A stretch of 59,439 nucleotides of DNA, filler included, from Platydemus manokwari (GCA_037951405.1; 5 parts of 5 records of this genome joined end to end with filler, not necessarily neighbours in it); one strand, 5' to 3'; counted from the first letter of the whole stretch, positions 39,400 through 53,889 are shown. The notes: generated by a model from the letters alone, not told the origin. Numbers and translations are program-made.

Positions 39400-40210
39400 T
39401 TTTAATGAAATTTTTACACGAAATTCAATTGTGGATTAAACACTAACAATCCGTATATATTATGAATCATGGTTCCACAAACCTACAATCAAATAAAAAT
39501 ATTATTTTAAATATAAAATTACCATTTAACTTGTATTTATTGCGATTCGGTTACCGACCAGAAATAAAAAGTCATTATTTCTTACTACATCTCTCCAGTC
39601 ATTTAACAACTCAAATACAATGTCTTCAAAGGCCGCTATTATATTTGGCCCTTCCATAATGGACCTCCTCAATTTCTACGACAATATTTTGGTCTCCAAT
39701 TATTTTTTTCCGACAAGCTATTTATTCATGGATGTGGACTTTACAAATTTTGTTCCTTAATAATTAATTTCAAATTCTTAGTTTTATTTTAATAAAAATT
39801 GTCAATATTTGGTGATTGTTTTGTTTGCTTTTAGAAGTCATCTTGCTAATACACTTTTTGTTTGAGTCTCGTGCATAACAAAAACCTGGTTCGGAATATC
39901 GAAAAGAGACACAGTCGAATTGTTGGATGAAGTTCATATCCAAATACCGAAACTTCTTCTATATTTGTAACACATTCATGTATATGATTTATTTGATTTG
40001 GATAAAATCTTCCTTTCATTACAGTATCGATATGTTTTGGATCTATGTATCCAATCTTTTAAATAGATATTAATCTATTTAAGCACAAATACCCAGTTTC
40101 TGGCACTCATCAAAGATTTCCAAGTCACTTTTTTATAAAACAAATCTAAAAATCTTAGATATCGCTCCATTTGTTTCTAATGTTAAAAAAGTGTTTCTTG
40201 CCAATTTTCA
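39400..40210 (-). mobile_element. Merlin/ISXO2-family transposase relic (copy 2) containing a 40-bp GT-AG intron
   Basis: KKIIGDQNIVVEIEEVHYGRAKYNSG; after removing 39483-39522, KW|FVEP*FIIYTDC* matches Merlin KW..PGSII.TDCW. Homologous to 18600-18990. Confidence 0.78.
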
Positions 40211-41617
40211 ATAATTTGCATTTTGACCTAGATTGACCTACATTTTCAAATAATTAATTTTTAGTAGATTTTAAAACTCGTGTATATAAAATTTGATTAT
40301 AAAAACTAAAATTTTTTTCAAGTATTTCAACAAAATTTTCAAAACTTCTTTTAAAGAATATAACTAAACGAACGATATAGATTTTTGCAATATTTTATTT
40401 TAGGACTTTTTTTTTAACTTAGACCATCAAAGTCTTTTCTCACACCTTCTCTCCTTTATCAAATTTTGAATTTTCTTCACAAATAATAATATTACCGATC
40501 ATATATTATTACTGACAAGATTGACGGAATTAAATCGATTATTTGGTTATTGTTTTATATACCGATAAGGCTTTGTTGGTATTATCCAATTAAATAAATC
40601 ACGTATCTCCGGATAATTAAATTTCTAGAGAAACTTGGAACATTTGTTCACGAATAAATTCATTTTGCCATAAACCTATCTAGAATATACTACCGTTTAA
40701 AATTATCTTTTATATAGTTTTCAGTTCAGTTCTAATTAGCTGTTTACTTTCGGCCGATAATTTTATAATTTTTATATAGAATTTATTAAATAAAATCAAT
40801 AAATATAATATATTTATCGATTATGAAATAATCTATATCCCAAGGGAGCTAATTAGCAGGCCTTCAATCTAAATTGGTCGACATAAAATTTACAATTGTA
40901 AAATTACGGTGACTGGAGAGACGGTGCTAATTAGAAATATTCGATAAACTGATTGATACCGCTTACACGATCTTCGATGAAAACAACATGATCAATGAAA
41001 AAATTACTTCACTGCGTAATTCAAAAATTTGCTGTAATGGATTTGAAAAATTCTTGCAAAAATATTTCACAATAAAAAGTCATTTGTTCACCAAATAAAG
41101 CATTGTTTTCACAGAACTCACATATAAAATAATAAACTGAATCTGAAGTCGTAAAACATGAGATAGTTAAAATTTTAATCTATGATGGTTAAAGTGCAAA
41201 GTAAATGGTTTAAGCTTAACTGTTCAAATTATTTTTGAGCTTAGTTTGTTTTAATTTGGTCACTTGACTTTGATTGACATTTGTTTTACTCATCTGCACT
41301 TTATATGGTGACATGATGGTTTTATTAATTATTCTATTGATTCCTTCGATTATTTCACTGGCTTTTTCACTTTAGGTGTAAGCTAAGAACTGGATAATAG
41401 CGGACTTAGTTTACTCATGCTGTGAGGTTTATTTAAAAATACGATAAATAATTAATAAAATTTTCAGAATATTTAAATTATAAAAATTTTAGTTAAAAAG
41501 TAGACAAATCAGATGGAAATAAATTTTAAATGTTTTGAAATTCGTTTGGAAATGAAAGTATTGAAAATATTGATGAGTGAGATGAAATAATTAAAAAATA
41601 AAACCAGAATTGCGCCT

Positions 41618-41990
41618 CGGAACCCTTTTTTGGCACGGTAAACATTTGCATGCCTACACAACCACACAGACCCAACAATGAACAATCATAGTGAAGTTAG
41701 ATGGTGAACTACAAGTTGGAAAGAAGGGCATAGCTACACAATAACACACTCATATTGATTGACCAATCCCACTTATGTAAAACCTTAAAAAACCAATAAG
41801 AACGCAGAAAAACAAATAAAAACAAAATATGATGGAACATGACACAAGAAATACACACAGATCGTGGATATAAAAATCGATGTATAGATGGACAACTACC
41901 AGTTGAAAGCTAAGTTTCGGTTGAGATTTTGTAGTTCGTGTATTGATCAATACACCGAGAAATATGTTATTTATTTTCTAGTTGGAGTCA
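41618..41990 (+). repeat. Dispersed interspersed repeat, copy A (class unknown)
   Basis: Colinear similarity to 56828-57195, with shared blocks AAACATTTGCATGCCTACAC, AATCATAGTGAA, TTGACCAATCCCACT and ACACACAGATCG..ATATAAAAATCGATGT. Confidence 0.85.
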
Positions 41991-43229
41991 AGTTTTATTT
42001 ATTGTTTATAATTATCCAATAATATACTTTTTTGCTCTGTTAACAACAAAGTCATGGCATTATTTTCTTAATATTTTTTTTGTTATTTTCTTTTGTTAAA
42101 AATTTTGTAATTATTTTCAGTAAAAGGTCTTGCTTTGTTTCGCACGATTTTTTGAATATTAATTTTCTTTCTGTAAAAAAAATTTCTCCATGTTAAAATT
42201 TTTATGATTCTGTTATTTTGATATTTATACCATCATTTTATATCAGTGTGAATATCCACGTGTTCCACATCAATTAATTATTGATTGTCTTACATTAAAT
42301 TATAAATTACTTCCATTTATTTTTCGGTTTCCATCATATGTACATGCTGTGGTATAGCGAAACTCATTGAGCACAATTTGCTGTTGTAGGACATATACCC
42401 CTATCTCATTTCTCACAGAGATTATCCGACTTGATTATCCAATTGTTTACTTTATTTGTTTTATTTTAAAGAGGCCAGGTGTCAGAATCACCTGGAATCC
42501 TTGGATGAAATTGAAAATATAATTTGTAAAGCACTTCATGACGTTTATGAGCAGTTGAATAGAGATGTATATACTGGAATCCATGAAACGAGACATGGAG
42601 ATTCAGTATGGTACACACTATCTATTAAATTTACTAGAATAAGTAACGCATCATGATGCACATGATGACAATCATAATCCTTATCATTTTTGTTCATATT
42701 CCTCATTTATTTATATTAAGCTCAATAAACACCATATCAGATCATTGTCAGTTTGTTTGATTGATAAATCCTGATTATTGCAACATGATAACAAATTCGA
42801 AATATTTCGAGGAGTCGATCACATAATCAAAGAAGTCCTGAGACATAAAATATTTCACAAAATCAATTTACCATTTATCAATGTTTCAAATTAAATGATT
42901 CCGAAAGACTTTCTACATCTGTCCGCCATTGTTTTCCATTGTCAATAAATTTCGTTGACGTTGTTTAACTCAGGAAACTGCTGTAGAAAAAAAATGATAA
43001 ACTTATTAGTCTAAAAAACGAATTAATTTTCGTTCAATTGAACGATAATTAATAGAAAAAGAGTTTTTCATGGTCGCGTTTACCACTGTAATGAAAAATA
43101 ATGATGAAAGAAACATTTAGAAAAGTTTCCATTTTTGAAATTTAGCGGTTGAAGGCAATTATTTTGTTATGGTTTAACGTACAAACGAAAACCCCGTAAC
43201 ATGCAAAATATCGGATAAACAATGAATGG

Positions 43230-45240
43230 AAATAACCAATAGAATTTTCATTTTATAATATTAGATAGAGAAAAATAATTACTATCTGGTGATCCTGGGA
43301 AAATACGTGATGTACATTTTTGAGCAATAGCAGGAGCAAATAAAACAAATATGAATAAATAACACCTGCGAAATATTTGAATTTGGTACATGTTCTAGTT
43401 TTTCTATCTGTTTTTTTAATCTTCTCTACATCTTCTTTGTTAATTTTCTATATAATCCTAACATCTTTCTCCTTCTTTTCCATAATTTTCAGACGTTGAT
43501 CCTCTCAGAATCGAATCCAGATGTGTAGTCGCCATGAAAGCCGCTACAATTTTAAAAACCACACATTACAAACGAACTGTGAAGTCACTACACCAAAAAT
43601 GTATTTAACTAGAATATTTGGTGAATAACCAATAGAGGTTTCATTTTATGTTAGATAAAGAAATAAAAAATTCCAATTTGGTGAGGCTGGGAAAATACGT
43701 GATGTACATTGTTGAGCAATACAGGATCAGGTCAAACAAATATGAATAAATACCAACAGCAAAATATTCCACTTTGATACAAGTTCTAGTTCTCCTGTCT
43801 ATTTTATGTCTTCTCTACATATTCTTTATATATTCTCTATATAATCTTAACATCTTTCTCCTTCTTTTCCATAATTTCCAGACGTTGATCTTCTCAGAAC
43901 CAAATCCAGTTGTGTAGTCGCCATGAAAGCCACTACAATTTTAAAAACCACACATTACAAACGAACTGAGAAGTCACGACAATTTGGTGAGGCTGGGAAA
44001 ATACGTGATGTACATTTTTGAGCAATACAGGAGCAGGTTAAACAAATATGAATAAACAGATACCAACAGCAAAATATTCCAATTTGATACACGTAACCGA
44101 ATAATAAATAAATGAGAAGTGACACGTGTTGGTCGAAAATACAATGAAAAATTTTTATGAGCTTTTGAAACTGTGCGGATTTATAATAGAATGAAATTTG
44201 AAAATTTTTAAATTTTTAAAATTAATTAAAATATAATTTGATGTCGTGACTTTCAATTGGAGCTTAATAATATAATAGCAGCTTACATTATGACTACGCA
44301 TTTGGATTCGATTCTGAGAATGTCTATGGTATGAAAGCATACAAGAGAAGGAGGATGATATATAAGATATGTAAATGAGAGGATGTAGAAGGTAAAAAGT
44401 GAAAATATAGATATGTAAAAACCACACATTAAAAATGAGCTGAAAAGTCAAGGCACCAATCATCCGATTAAAACCAACAATTTAAAAAAATAAATATATT
44501 TTATATAAAATTTGAATTAAAATTTTTATTCCTCTAAAGTTTAATTCATTACTATAAGATTCAATTCATTTGAAATATCTCTCAATCCCAATTCTTTATA
44601 ATCTTTGATTTTATTAATTGTCTCTTTATCTAATACTCTACATATTTCATTAAACGAAAACTCTAATTCTTCTACCTTTTAATATCTTCTTTAACATGTC
44701 CATTATATTTGATTTTATATCTTCTTTTATATCCCCTTTATCTCTTCTTCACCATCTTTATATCTTCCTTATATCTTCTTCATATGTTCTCAATATAGTC
44801 TCAGTATCTTCTTCCTTCTTTTCCATATTATTCAGTGTTTGATTTATTCAGAATCGAATCCAGATATGTGGTCACCATGTTAGCAGATACTATTGTAAAA
44901 ACCATACATTAAAAATGAACTGAAAAGTCAAGACACCAATCATCTGTTTAAAACCAAATATTTAAACTAATAAATTTATATAAAATTAGATATATAGATA
45001 ATATGATATAAAGGTAATATGATATAAAGATAATATGAAGTGGAGAAGAAATTAAAAAAATTGATTTAGAGCAATATCTAGAGAATTTGATGCAGACACA
45101 ATTAATATTAAGATAAAGTGAGGATTTATAAAGAAATGAAATTTGAAATATTTTTCCATCAGATTTTTATAAATTCTTTTATTTGTTTTAATAATTGTCA
45201 TTAAAATATATAATTTGCTGTCTGAATTTTTAATTCGTTA
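43230..45240. repeat. Complex tandem/inverted repeat array of 300-400-bp modules
   Basis: CTGGGAAAATACGTGATGTACATT occurs near 43295, 43687 and 43993. TCAGAA(T/C)C(G/A)AATCCAG..GTG..GTC.CCATG occurs near 43505, 43893 and 44848, and inverted near 44290-44320. AAAAACCA.ACATTA.AAA.GA.CTG occurs near 43555, 43942, 44417 and 44897. Confidence 0.9.
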
Positions 45241-45725
45241 TCAATACATGCAGTATAAAACAGTAGCGTCTTACAGAAACAATAAGGAACATTAAAAATG
45301 TTTATGATTAGAATAAAATATTTCATTAAGTTTTTAGAAATAATCGATAATAATGGCACATTGAATGCAATTAAATTGAGCAGTAAAAGTGATTATTAAA
45401 AATATTATTTATAGCTGAAGAAACACTTTAGAAATTCCAAGTTACTATTGATTATTAGAAGAACACTCAAAGACGTAAAAAAAGAGTGATCAGGTCGATT
45501 ATTTTTCTAGATAAAATGCAAAAAGAAAAGAATGTTAAAGAATTAAATGAAAGTTATGCCTTCATAATGATAGAGTCCAAATACATGCGAAGGTGATTCG
45601 GAATAAGTAACAGTTTTTTAATTTGAGATAAATTCTTGTCGTATTACTTAAAACATAACTCTTATTAATTACAATGTTTTATTGATCACATAACTTAAAT
45701 TCTGCCTGAAGTGTTAACTCTAGTT

Positions 45726-45871
45726 CAGTGGTTCTCAGTCCCTGGGCCGGTAAATTGTAATAAATATGGGAGATTATGACTTATTTTTAGTAATATTGAT
45801 TTTCTTTGGGGTCGCTAAGATCTTAAAAATGGGGAAAACGGGTTGCCATAGAAAAAGGTTGAGAACCGCTG
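45726..45871. mobile_element. 146-bp hAT (Charlie/Buster) MITE with 8-bp target site duplication
   Basis: CAGTGGTTCTCA...TGAGAACCGCTG TIRs; flanks CTCTAGTT and CTCTGGTG match at 6 of 8 positions. Confidence 0.85.
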
Positions 45872-46931
45872 CTCTGGTGTATGTAATTGTGATGACAAAT
45901 AACTTTACGCTTAGTGCCCGGGCGAAATGAATCGCAGTGATATGATAAGATGAAGCCCCGTTGCAAATGGACCAGTGCCGTGACTAACAATTATATACCC
46001 AATATATTATCGTTTACATATCAAGCTTCTGTTTTGATTTATTCTTAACAAAACAATCACATTAATTAATCTAATAAGTTTGCTATTAGGAATTCTTTAA
46101 GTGGATTTATCCAAATACCTACGAAGTTGACAATGATATATTGAGTTGATTTTTGTGTTTTTTTAAATTATATGCCAGAACGGTTAAAACGTATAGAATG
46201 AAATGATAGCCGCTACGCCATTTTGTACGACATCTCATCCCCGACAAAAGCCTTTTCAAATATTCATTAAAATGTAATTAAACGATGATTGATTTTGAAA
46301 TTCCTTTTCTCAAAATCTATGTCGCTATTTATCATTTGAAAACATATTCTGTGATTAAAACTTTATTATATTATGATTATTGATAAAGATGATCAAAAAT
46401 AAGTTAGTAAAATAATCCATCAATAACTTATTGATTATAATAATCCATGGATAATTCATTTTAAGTAAAAGAATCTATAAATAACGAATTAAGTATTGAT
46501 TAATTATTAATTATCAATAAAAAATAATATATTACTTATTGATTGTTAATCCATCATCGAACAGAATACCATAAAATCGCCATCTTTTTAATTAAAATAA
46601 AATTCGATATTCAATCAACAATTTATTTCGTCTTGAAAAAAATCGGTCGAAAGATCGATAAACAGTTAATATTTTTACATTATCATCTTTTGAACTTATT
46701 GATTAAAACCACATTAATAAATCGATCACAAAAAATGTAATGGCCGAAGACATTTTAATTAATAAATTACCAATGACTGTAATGTCTGCGAGTCAGCTTA
46801 TCAGATCAGTTGTTAACTCAAATGAGTCTAGCGCATCTATTTTGGTAATTTTAAAATTATGTTTTATTAAAATTGACTTCAATCTCTAAATGACCTAATT
46901 TTTAAATGTTGTTATCATTTAAAATATAGAA

Positions 46932-46973
46932 ATAATAATAACAATAATAAAAATAATAATAATGATAATAATA

Positions 46974-47004
<31 letters not shown>

Positions 47005-47021
47005 TAATGATAATAATGATA
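46932..47021. repeat. (AAT/GAT)n microsatellite running into a gap
   Basis: Directly visible. Confidence 0.9.
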
Positions 47022-47121
47022 NNNNNNNNNNNNNNNNNNNNNNNNNNNNNNNNNNNNNNNNNNNNTTAATTAATTAANNNNNNNNNNNNNNNNNNNNNNN
47101 NNNNNNNNNNNNNNNNNNNNN
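47022..47121. other. Assembly gap with TTAATTAATTAA linker
   Basis: 44N-linker-44N. Confidence 0.97.
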
Positions 47122-48356
47122 CTTTATTACTTATTTTATTATTTTACAATTTAGTTATATTATAAATACAAATATTGCTACTTATGTTTAACATTATCAT
47201 ATACAGCAATACTCATACCCACTATCCTTATGTCAGGAATTTGGGTTTTGGAAATTCTCCACGGTTCTCTTTCTCTGTTTGAACAAATTTAAACAAATAA
47301 GCTCGAAAAATCATCTTTTTCGATCTAATTAGAACCAAAACTGTCCTAACGTGGTTATTTGCCAAAACTCTATAATTATTTGTTCGTTGTACTGTAAATA
47401 CGATTTCAATTTTGATTCCATTGTAATATCAGAAATTGTTATACTAATTATATTTCATTATTGATTATTATTATTTCATTTATTTGATTATTGATTTATA
47501 CATCAACTTTCCATATTATAGGTTCATAATTATAGATACACCTTCAGAGTCAGGTGCCTGGCTTAAACTATTTACATGGTTTTTCCAAATTATAATTTTA
47601 CACAAAAATTATCAATTTATTCTGATTCATCCTTTCATCAAATACATATTCATAATAAATACAACAATATGCTTTATCATTAACTGTGAGCTATTTAGAA
47701 ACCTTCAAAATCTCTAGCAGTCATAACGATTTTGAGTAAAATTGTAAAATCTCAAAACAATATTCAAAGAATAATCATTCCCAAATACATTTATTTATAT
47801 ATTCTGCCTTATTGTATTCGGTTGACTTCAGAAATATATAATATGCAAATTTATGTTTGATGAGTATTTTATTTCACACATTTTATTACTAAAACTTTAT
47901 TACAAAATTATTATTATTATTATTATAATCATCGGTTCTGTACTAGTTTATCAATAATTAAAACTACATTCNNNNNNNNNNCATTCACTGAACCAATTAA
48001 TTTAATGGATTATTTTCATCATTAATTCATCTTCAGATTCAATTCTGTAGAACTTCTGTCATTAATTAATGTTCGTCCTTTGATCTATTCTTTCTTTGAA
48101 TACAAAATATATAATTTTAAATAATTTATTATCAATTTCGAACAGGGCTTTTGAATTTTCCTTATAATTTGCTTATGGTATCGATTAACACTGTAATTAT
48201 CGAATATATTTGAGCCAACAACTTTGAGACACAGAAAAATATCTCTTATCAATCTATAATTAAGTCATCATTAACCTTTCAATTAACTGTAATGTCATTG
48301 AAGTACTAAAGTTTGATTTCTGCCTAAATACCGAGTTATAATAAATAAAACTTTCA

Positions 48357-48357
<1 letters not shown>

Positions 48358-48411
<54 letters not shown>
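48358..48411. repeat. (AAT)n microsatellite
   Basis: Perfect trinucleotide run, which is the source of the spurious poly-Leu ORF 48260-48469. Confidence 0.95.
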
Positions 48412-48415
<4 letters not shown>

Positions 48416-51400
48416 TCCAATATCGATCCTATTTAAACACCGGTTCTTCAGAAACATAAGCGCACACAAATCTGCACGTATGCAGACATTCCAACATACA
48501 CAGTTAAATAACCTTACAATAATTTCATATTTATATTACAATAGCGAATGGAGTTCGTTTTAGATGATTATCAGAATCATTTAAGTTCTTTAAAAGATCA
48601 TTCTAAAAATGCCATTACAAAGTAAAATAACAAAATTTTGTTCGATGTTAGATATTACTAACTCTAAATATTCAAAGTTATAATTATAAATCACAATTTT
48701 ATACTTTAAACCAAATCGTCAGTGTTCACACTCTAAATCACACTCAAAGAACAGAATCAATTATAAAATCCAATTTGAATCAGCATCCTAATGATAAAAA
48801 GAAATAAAAATTAACGACCTCGAGATTCAACTTCATCTTAAGAGTGAGTTATTTATAGATTCTCTTCTATCTCTCATGCCACTGGCGTATCTTGATATTT
48901 TCTCCTTGTTGTTGGTGTTTGCTAATCGACAACCAAATTCTATTCACGGGTTATTATTGTGGATGTATCTCATTCGCTACTGACCAATGCTCTCAACGTA
49001 TTCGCGTCTATTGGACCCTTTGAGAGCTATTTTTATCACACACTCAACAAACAAATGAAAGGTGGTGAATCACTTAAGGTTATTTAATAGTGTAAAGGTA
49101 ATTAAAGTTTGGTGACCGAAACATTTGCAATTCCATGGAGTTCACCGCAGGAGATATCGATAGTCCTTACTAATTATTGGTATTACGTAGAACATCAAAT
49201 CTATTTTTTCAGTGATAAATTTTAACCAATGGTAACTTTACTATAATTAACTATTATTTACCACTCAATTTCATTTATCAAGCAAGATGGAAAAAGGAAA
49301 AGGTTAAATCTTTTATTAATAATAGATTTTTATATGACAAATCATTTCGTTATTTTAATTATCAGAAAATTTTGAACATCTAATAAAGAGTTCTTTTGTC
49401 TTAGAATTTTATAACTAGTAATGAACAGTTTTTTGTTATCGATTCTTAATTATAACAACAGATTTCAGAAAACATAATACGAAGCATAAATTTACAAATA
49501 TATAACGCAAATATTCCGAACAACTTCCCATGTTTTATACAATATTCTCAAAGCTATTCATTCAATAAAATATTAACTAGCAACGATAATTCCTATCAAA
49601 TTCACAGTCTGATATACACTGATGTTATTTGATGAAATTAATTTCGCCAATTATATGAAATATCTATAATTATCTCAAAAGAAAGGACATTGTTATCAGA
49701 AAAGTGCAAATATTGTTTGAATTAAGTTTATGAAAACGATTTTCTGTTTTTCACACATTTATTTTCGTTATAGAAGTAATTATCACAAGTTATTATGAGG
49801 AAATATTTCCTGAGATCATCGATGATTTTGAAATTAATATTAGTGATAATTTTGTTTTTCTTAATTATTGAATTTTCACCAGACTCTGTAGAACATCTAT
49901 TCATGTGAGAAATAAGAGTTATATGAATTCAACTTAACAAAACAAGCCTTTACATTTTAAAACATTCAAAGACTAGTTTTTCAATCATTAGGCCCAGTTA
50001 TTTTATTGTAATGAGCATCATCGCAGTAGATATATCGTTTTGTTCAAAAACCCAATCCACGTAGACTGCATCAGCTTGATGATACAAAAGTCGTAAAGTT
50101 CCAGCTGTGAAAATGTGAAAGAGAAATTGCCTTTCATGTTAAAAGTAAATACTGTGAAATTATTTGATATTTTGAATTAATTAATAAATGTTAGGGGTGA
50201 TATTGATTAATTTAAAAAATTGATTATTTAATTGAGAATTAAATTATAAATCCTACCATTTTTCATCTATTTTATTGCACAGAAATAAATGATGTTATTA
50301 TATTCCTTTATCAAAGATAATAATTGTTAATGTACAGAACAGCCAGACATTAATTAGTTACAACAATTCACTGATTAACTTTACAGATCACAAAAATGCG
50401 TAAGTGGCTTTTTGATAGTCAATCAAAAACTTATTAAAATTATTCAGTATGCTAAGCAAATCAAATTATATAAGAATACTCAACAGACCAGTAAAATTAA
50501 TATTTCCTAAAGAGCAGAAAAAGAGCAAATTTATTCCCTTGTACAAAAAATCTTGAAAATAGTTATTTTTCGGTGTAATTTTATTAAACCATTTTAATAA
50601 CTATAAAAATAATTTTTCTAGTTAGAGTTCATGTTTAAAAATTATTATATAAATTGATTTTTAGAAATGTATCAAACCAGGTGACGTTTAAATCGATTCT
50701 GTGTTTATATCGGCTTAACAATTTTTCAAGATTTCTTTTTATTCAATTTTTAATAAACTTTATCATTTCAAAGACAGAAAATTTAGATTTTAATTAAATG
50801 AAAATTAATTTAAATCATTGGTTTGTAAATACTGATATACCCGTTATTTTGTTAGAAATGAAAGTACTCAGTTCTTAAACTTGTCTGGTTATAAATATTT
50901 AATTAGGCAAACGTTGGGTATATCACAAATCAATGAATGGGGTCTCAAGAACCAACACACACAGACTCTTTCTAACGTTAATTCATATTTAGAAGCTAAG
51001 AATTCTCAGGCACATACCTACAAATGACAGCAAGCTCAAATATTCATTAATGACACAAGAAATATAAAGGGAAATGTAAAAAAAATCGATCCACGAACAG
51101 AATGTAAAACAAAGATTCTCGACATCAAGCAGACACACCAGATAGATCTATAAAAGAGGTTGAGTTCCATAGATATATGTCATTCTTATTTGGTTGGTAA
51201 CCTCAGGGCTTAGCTTATGTGTGATTTTAATAATCAGTCTTTTTGATTACTCTATATTTTGCTTTTGACTTTCGGGAGCTGATCCCGTTTTGAGCGACAT
51301 TTTTGTGAATTGTGTAAAGATTTATTTTTTTTTGTTGTTGAGACTTTAAGTGTAGCATTTTAGTTAATACAAATTTTCAGATTTAAATTGTTGATTGATA

Positions 51401-53889
51401 ACCAAATAGTTACAATTTAGAGAAGGATAGAATGTTTTGATTCAAAGCTTGATAATTAGTCAAAACAGGAATTTATTTTCCCAACACAAAATTACGATAA
51501 GAGCTTAGAACATCTAGTTCCTATTACTACTGCAATCTCCACGAATATGTATACTCTCGAATACTGTTGGTTCACACGATACAATGAATGACAATTAATA
51601 TCATATTTGTTATTTAAATTTTGTGTTATTTTACGGTTTAATTAATCTAATTAACTAATTATATTAAAGTAAAATAAATATATTAAGTATTTTTTCGATT
51701 GGATATAAATGAAAATTGACTTGCGAAGAATTGAACCGTTTTGCAATGTAATCTTGGAATAACTATTATCTAAATCATAATAATCATATGCATTATGTCA
51801 CTTATCAACTTCTGAAATAAATACGAACACGGTACTTTTAATACACGAAAAATTCCAGTTTAGTAAAAGCTTTAAATTGACAGAAGATTTTCCTATCCAA
51901 TTATAAACCTATAAGTGGATGGACAAATGAATTTTCTTATGTCCAGAAGAAATATTTTCTAAATATATATATATATATATATTTCTCTATTTAACTTCTT
52001 ATAAGATTTGTAAGACATAAATAAGTTGATCTAAATAACTACTGAGAGCGTAAAACCATTTCAATATTTACCTAATCATCTATACTTGTACTGTTCCCTT
52101 GACATTGCAAAAATGGAATATATACTCATGTAAAATATTCTAATAAATTGTTTAAAGGTATTTTCAAGAACTAATTTTAATTATTATTATTATAAAAAAA
52201 ATATTAAAACTTAAAAATAAAGACATCTTCTGATATTGAATTCTTTATTTATTTTTTTTGTTATTTTATCGAATTCTTTTAATCTATACTGACTATTTAT
52301 CTTCTTTATATCATTTATTTAATCTTTAATACGTAGATAAGTTCTAACGCAATGGAAACGGTTCTTATCAATCGAATAATCTAGGTTAAAGTCCAAGTGG
52401 ATAAAAATCTTGAACTGAGAAGAAACTATTTTGAATCATATCATATGAGGAAACGAAATTCATCCAAAGTAAAAACTCAAGTCCTGCATATGGATAGTAG
52501 TAGAGTTTATTAAAGAGACCGACAGCTGAGTTCAAAATGTGAAATGCTGGTCCGTTATTGATGAGTAGACAGGACTGCAAAACTTATTAATAGACCAACT
52601 ACCGATTGAAATTAGAACTACAAACCAATATAAAGATTATTTGAAAAAAATTTAATTTTTCTCTTAATTTAGCATAATCTGTCATGGATACGTAACGTTT
52701 TTCATTTTTCAATGATGAAATTTAAGTATAGACTAACTTACAATCACTAGTCAGTATCTAATTTTTATCCATAGTTTATTTTTCAAAAATCATCAATTCT
52801 GTCACGATGAAATTTCAATAAAGAAATTCTCCTAAATATGAATGATATCAAAAAACCATTGTTTAAATATCAATTCCTTTTAGAACCAAAACATAACTTC
52901 AATGGGTTTGGTAAAGTAATTTGACAGAAACCCATGATTCAATTATAGTCCAAGCAACGCAACATATACCATTAAATAATTCATCATTCAAAATAAAAGT
53001 TATGAGATAAACTTAAACTGAATAGATTTTTAGAAGTTCTTTAACAATACTCAAAAGCTTATAACGTCGCAATTTTATTAGTATATTCTCTGTTGTTGCT
53101 TGAGTATGATTGGGATTTTAATATTTCATATTTATTTTAAATTTATTTTTCAGATAATAATCACATTTTTTACGAATAACTCAATTTGCTGGCATCCTAT
53201 TTTTAAACTTTATTTTTGCACATAACTTAAAAGATTGGATTCCATTGATATTTTATTTTTTTAACGGTCACTTTATTCTTGACATCTTTGGATATTATTT
53301 CATTATTATTATTATCATTGGTTTAATAAGGATTATTTTTCAAATAATTATTTGTGATAATGACTTCTTGTACTTGATAAAAAATATGAAGTACAAAACA
53401 ATTTCTGATTAAGAGTATATTATTAAAACAAAAATTTATTACACAAGTGTGTGAACATGTTTAATATTTTCCTCATTCGAATAACAAAATGTATCATTGC
53501 ATATCTATATATCTATCCATTTGGCAACGAAAAATTGCCACTAAAAATTAGGTTGAATTAGCATTGAAAACAAAATATACCTCAGAAAAATCTATTCCAT
53601 AATTGATGTTATCTGTTCTTTTTTTCATTTCAGGCTTTATTTTCTATGATGCTGTTTGATTTTCTATTTCCAATAACAATTTAATTATATGTAGTATGCT
53701 TGTCAAATCGGAATTAATACCAACATGGATAAATTTTCCTTTCAATCCACAGTGGCAAAGTAATAAAATTGTCTGTGGCAATTAAACCGTCGCACAGCAT
53801 TGTTCTCCAACTATTTATATTATTAAATGAAGAATTTAAATCCACTCATCCGGTCGTCAATAAATATCTCATATATTTAACACAACGTA

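Noticed and set aside
43230-45240. CRISPR-like repeat-spacer interpretation
   Set aside because: Units are 300-400 bp, the intervening sequences are homologous to each other rather than unique spacers, there are no cas genes, and the context is eukaryotic.
48260-48469. Poly-Leu ORF
   Set aside because: Antisense reading of an (AAT)n microsatellite.
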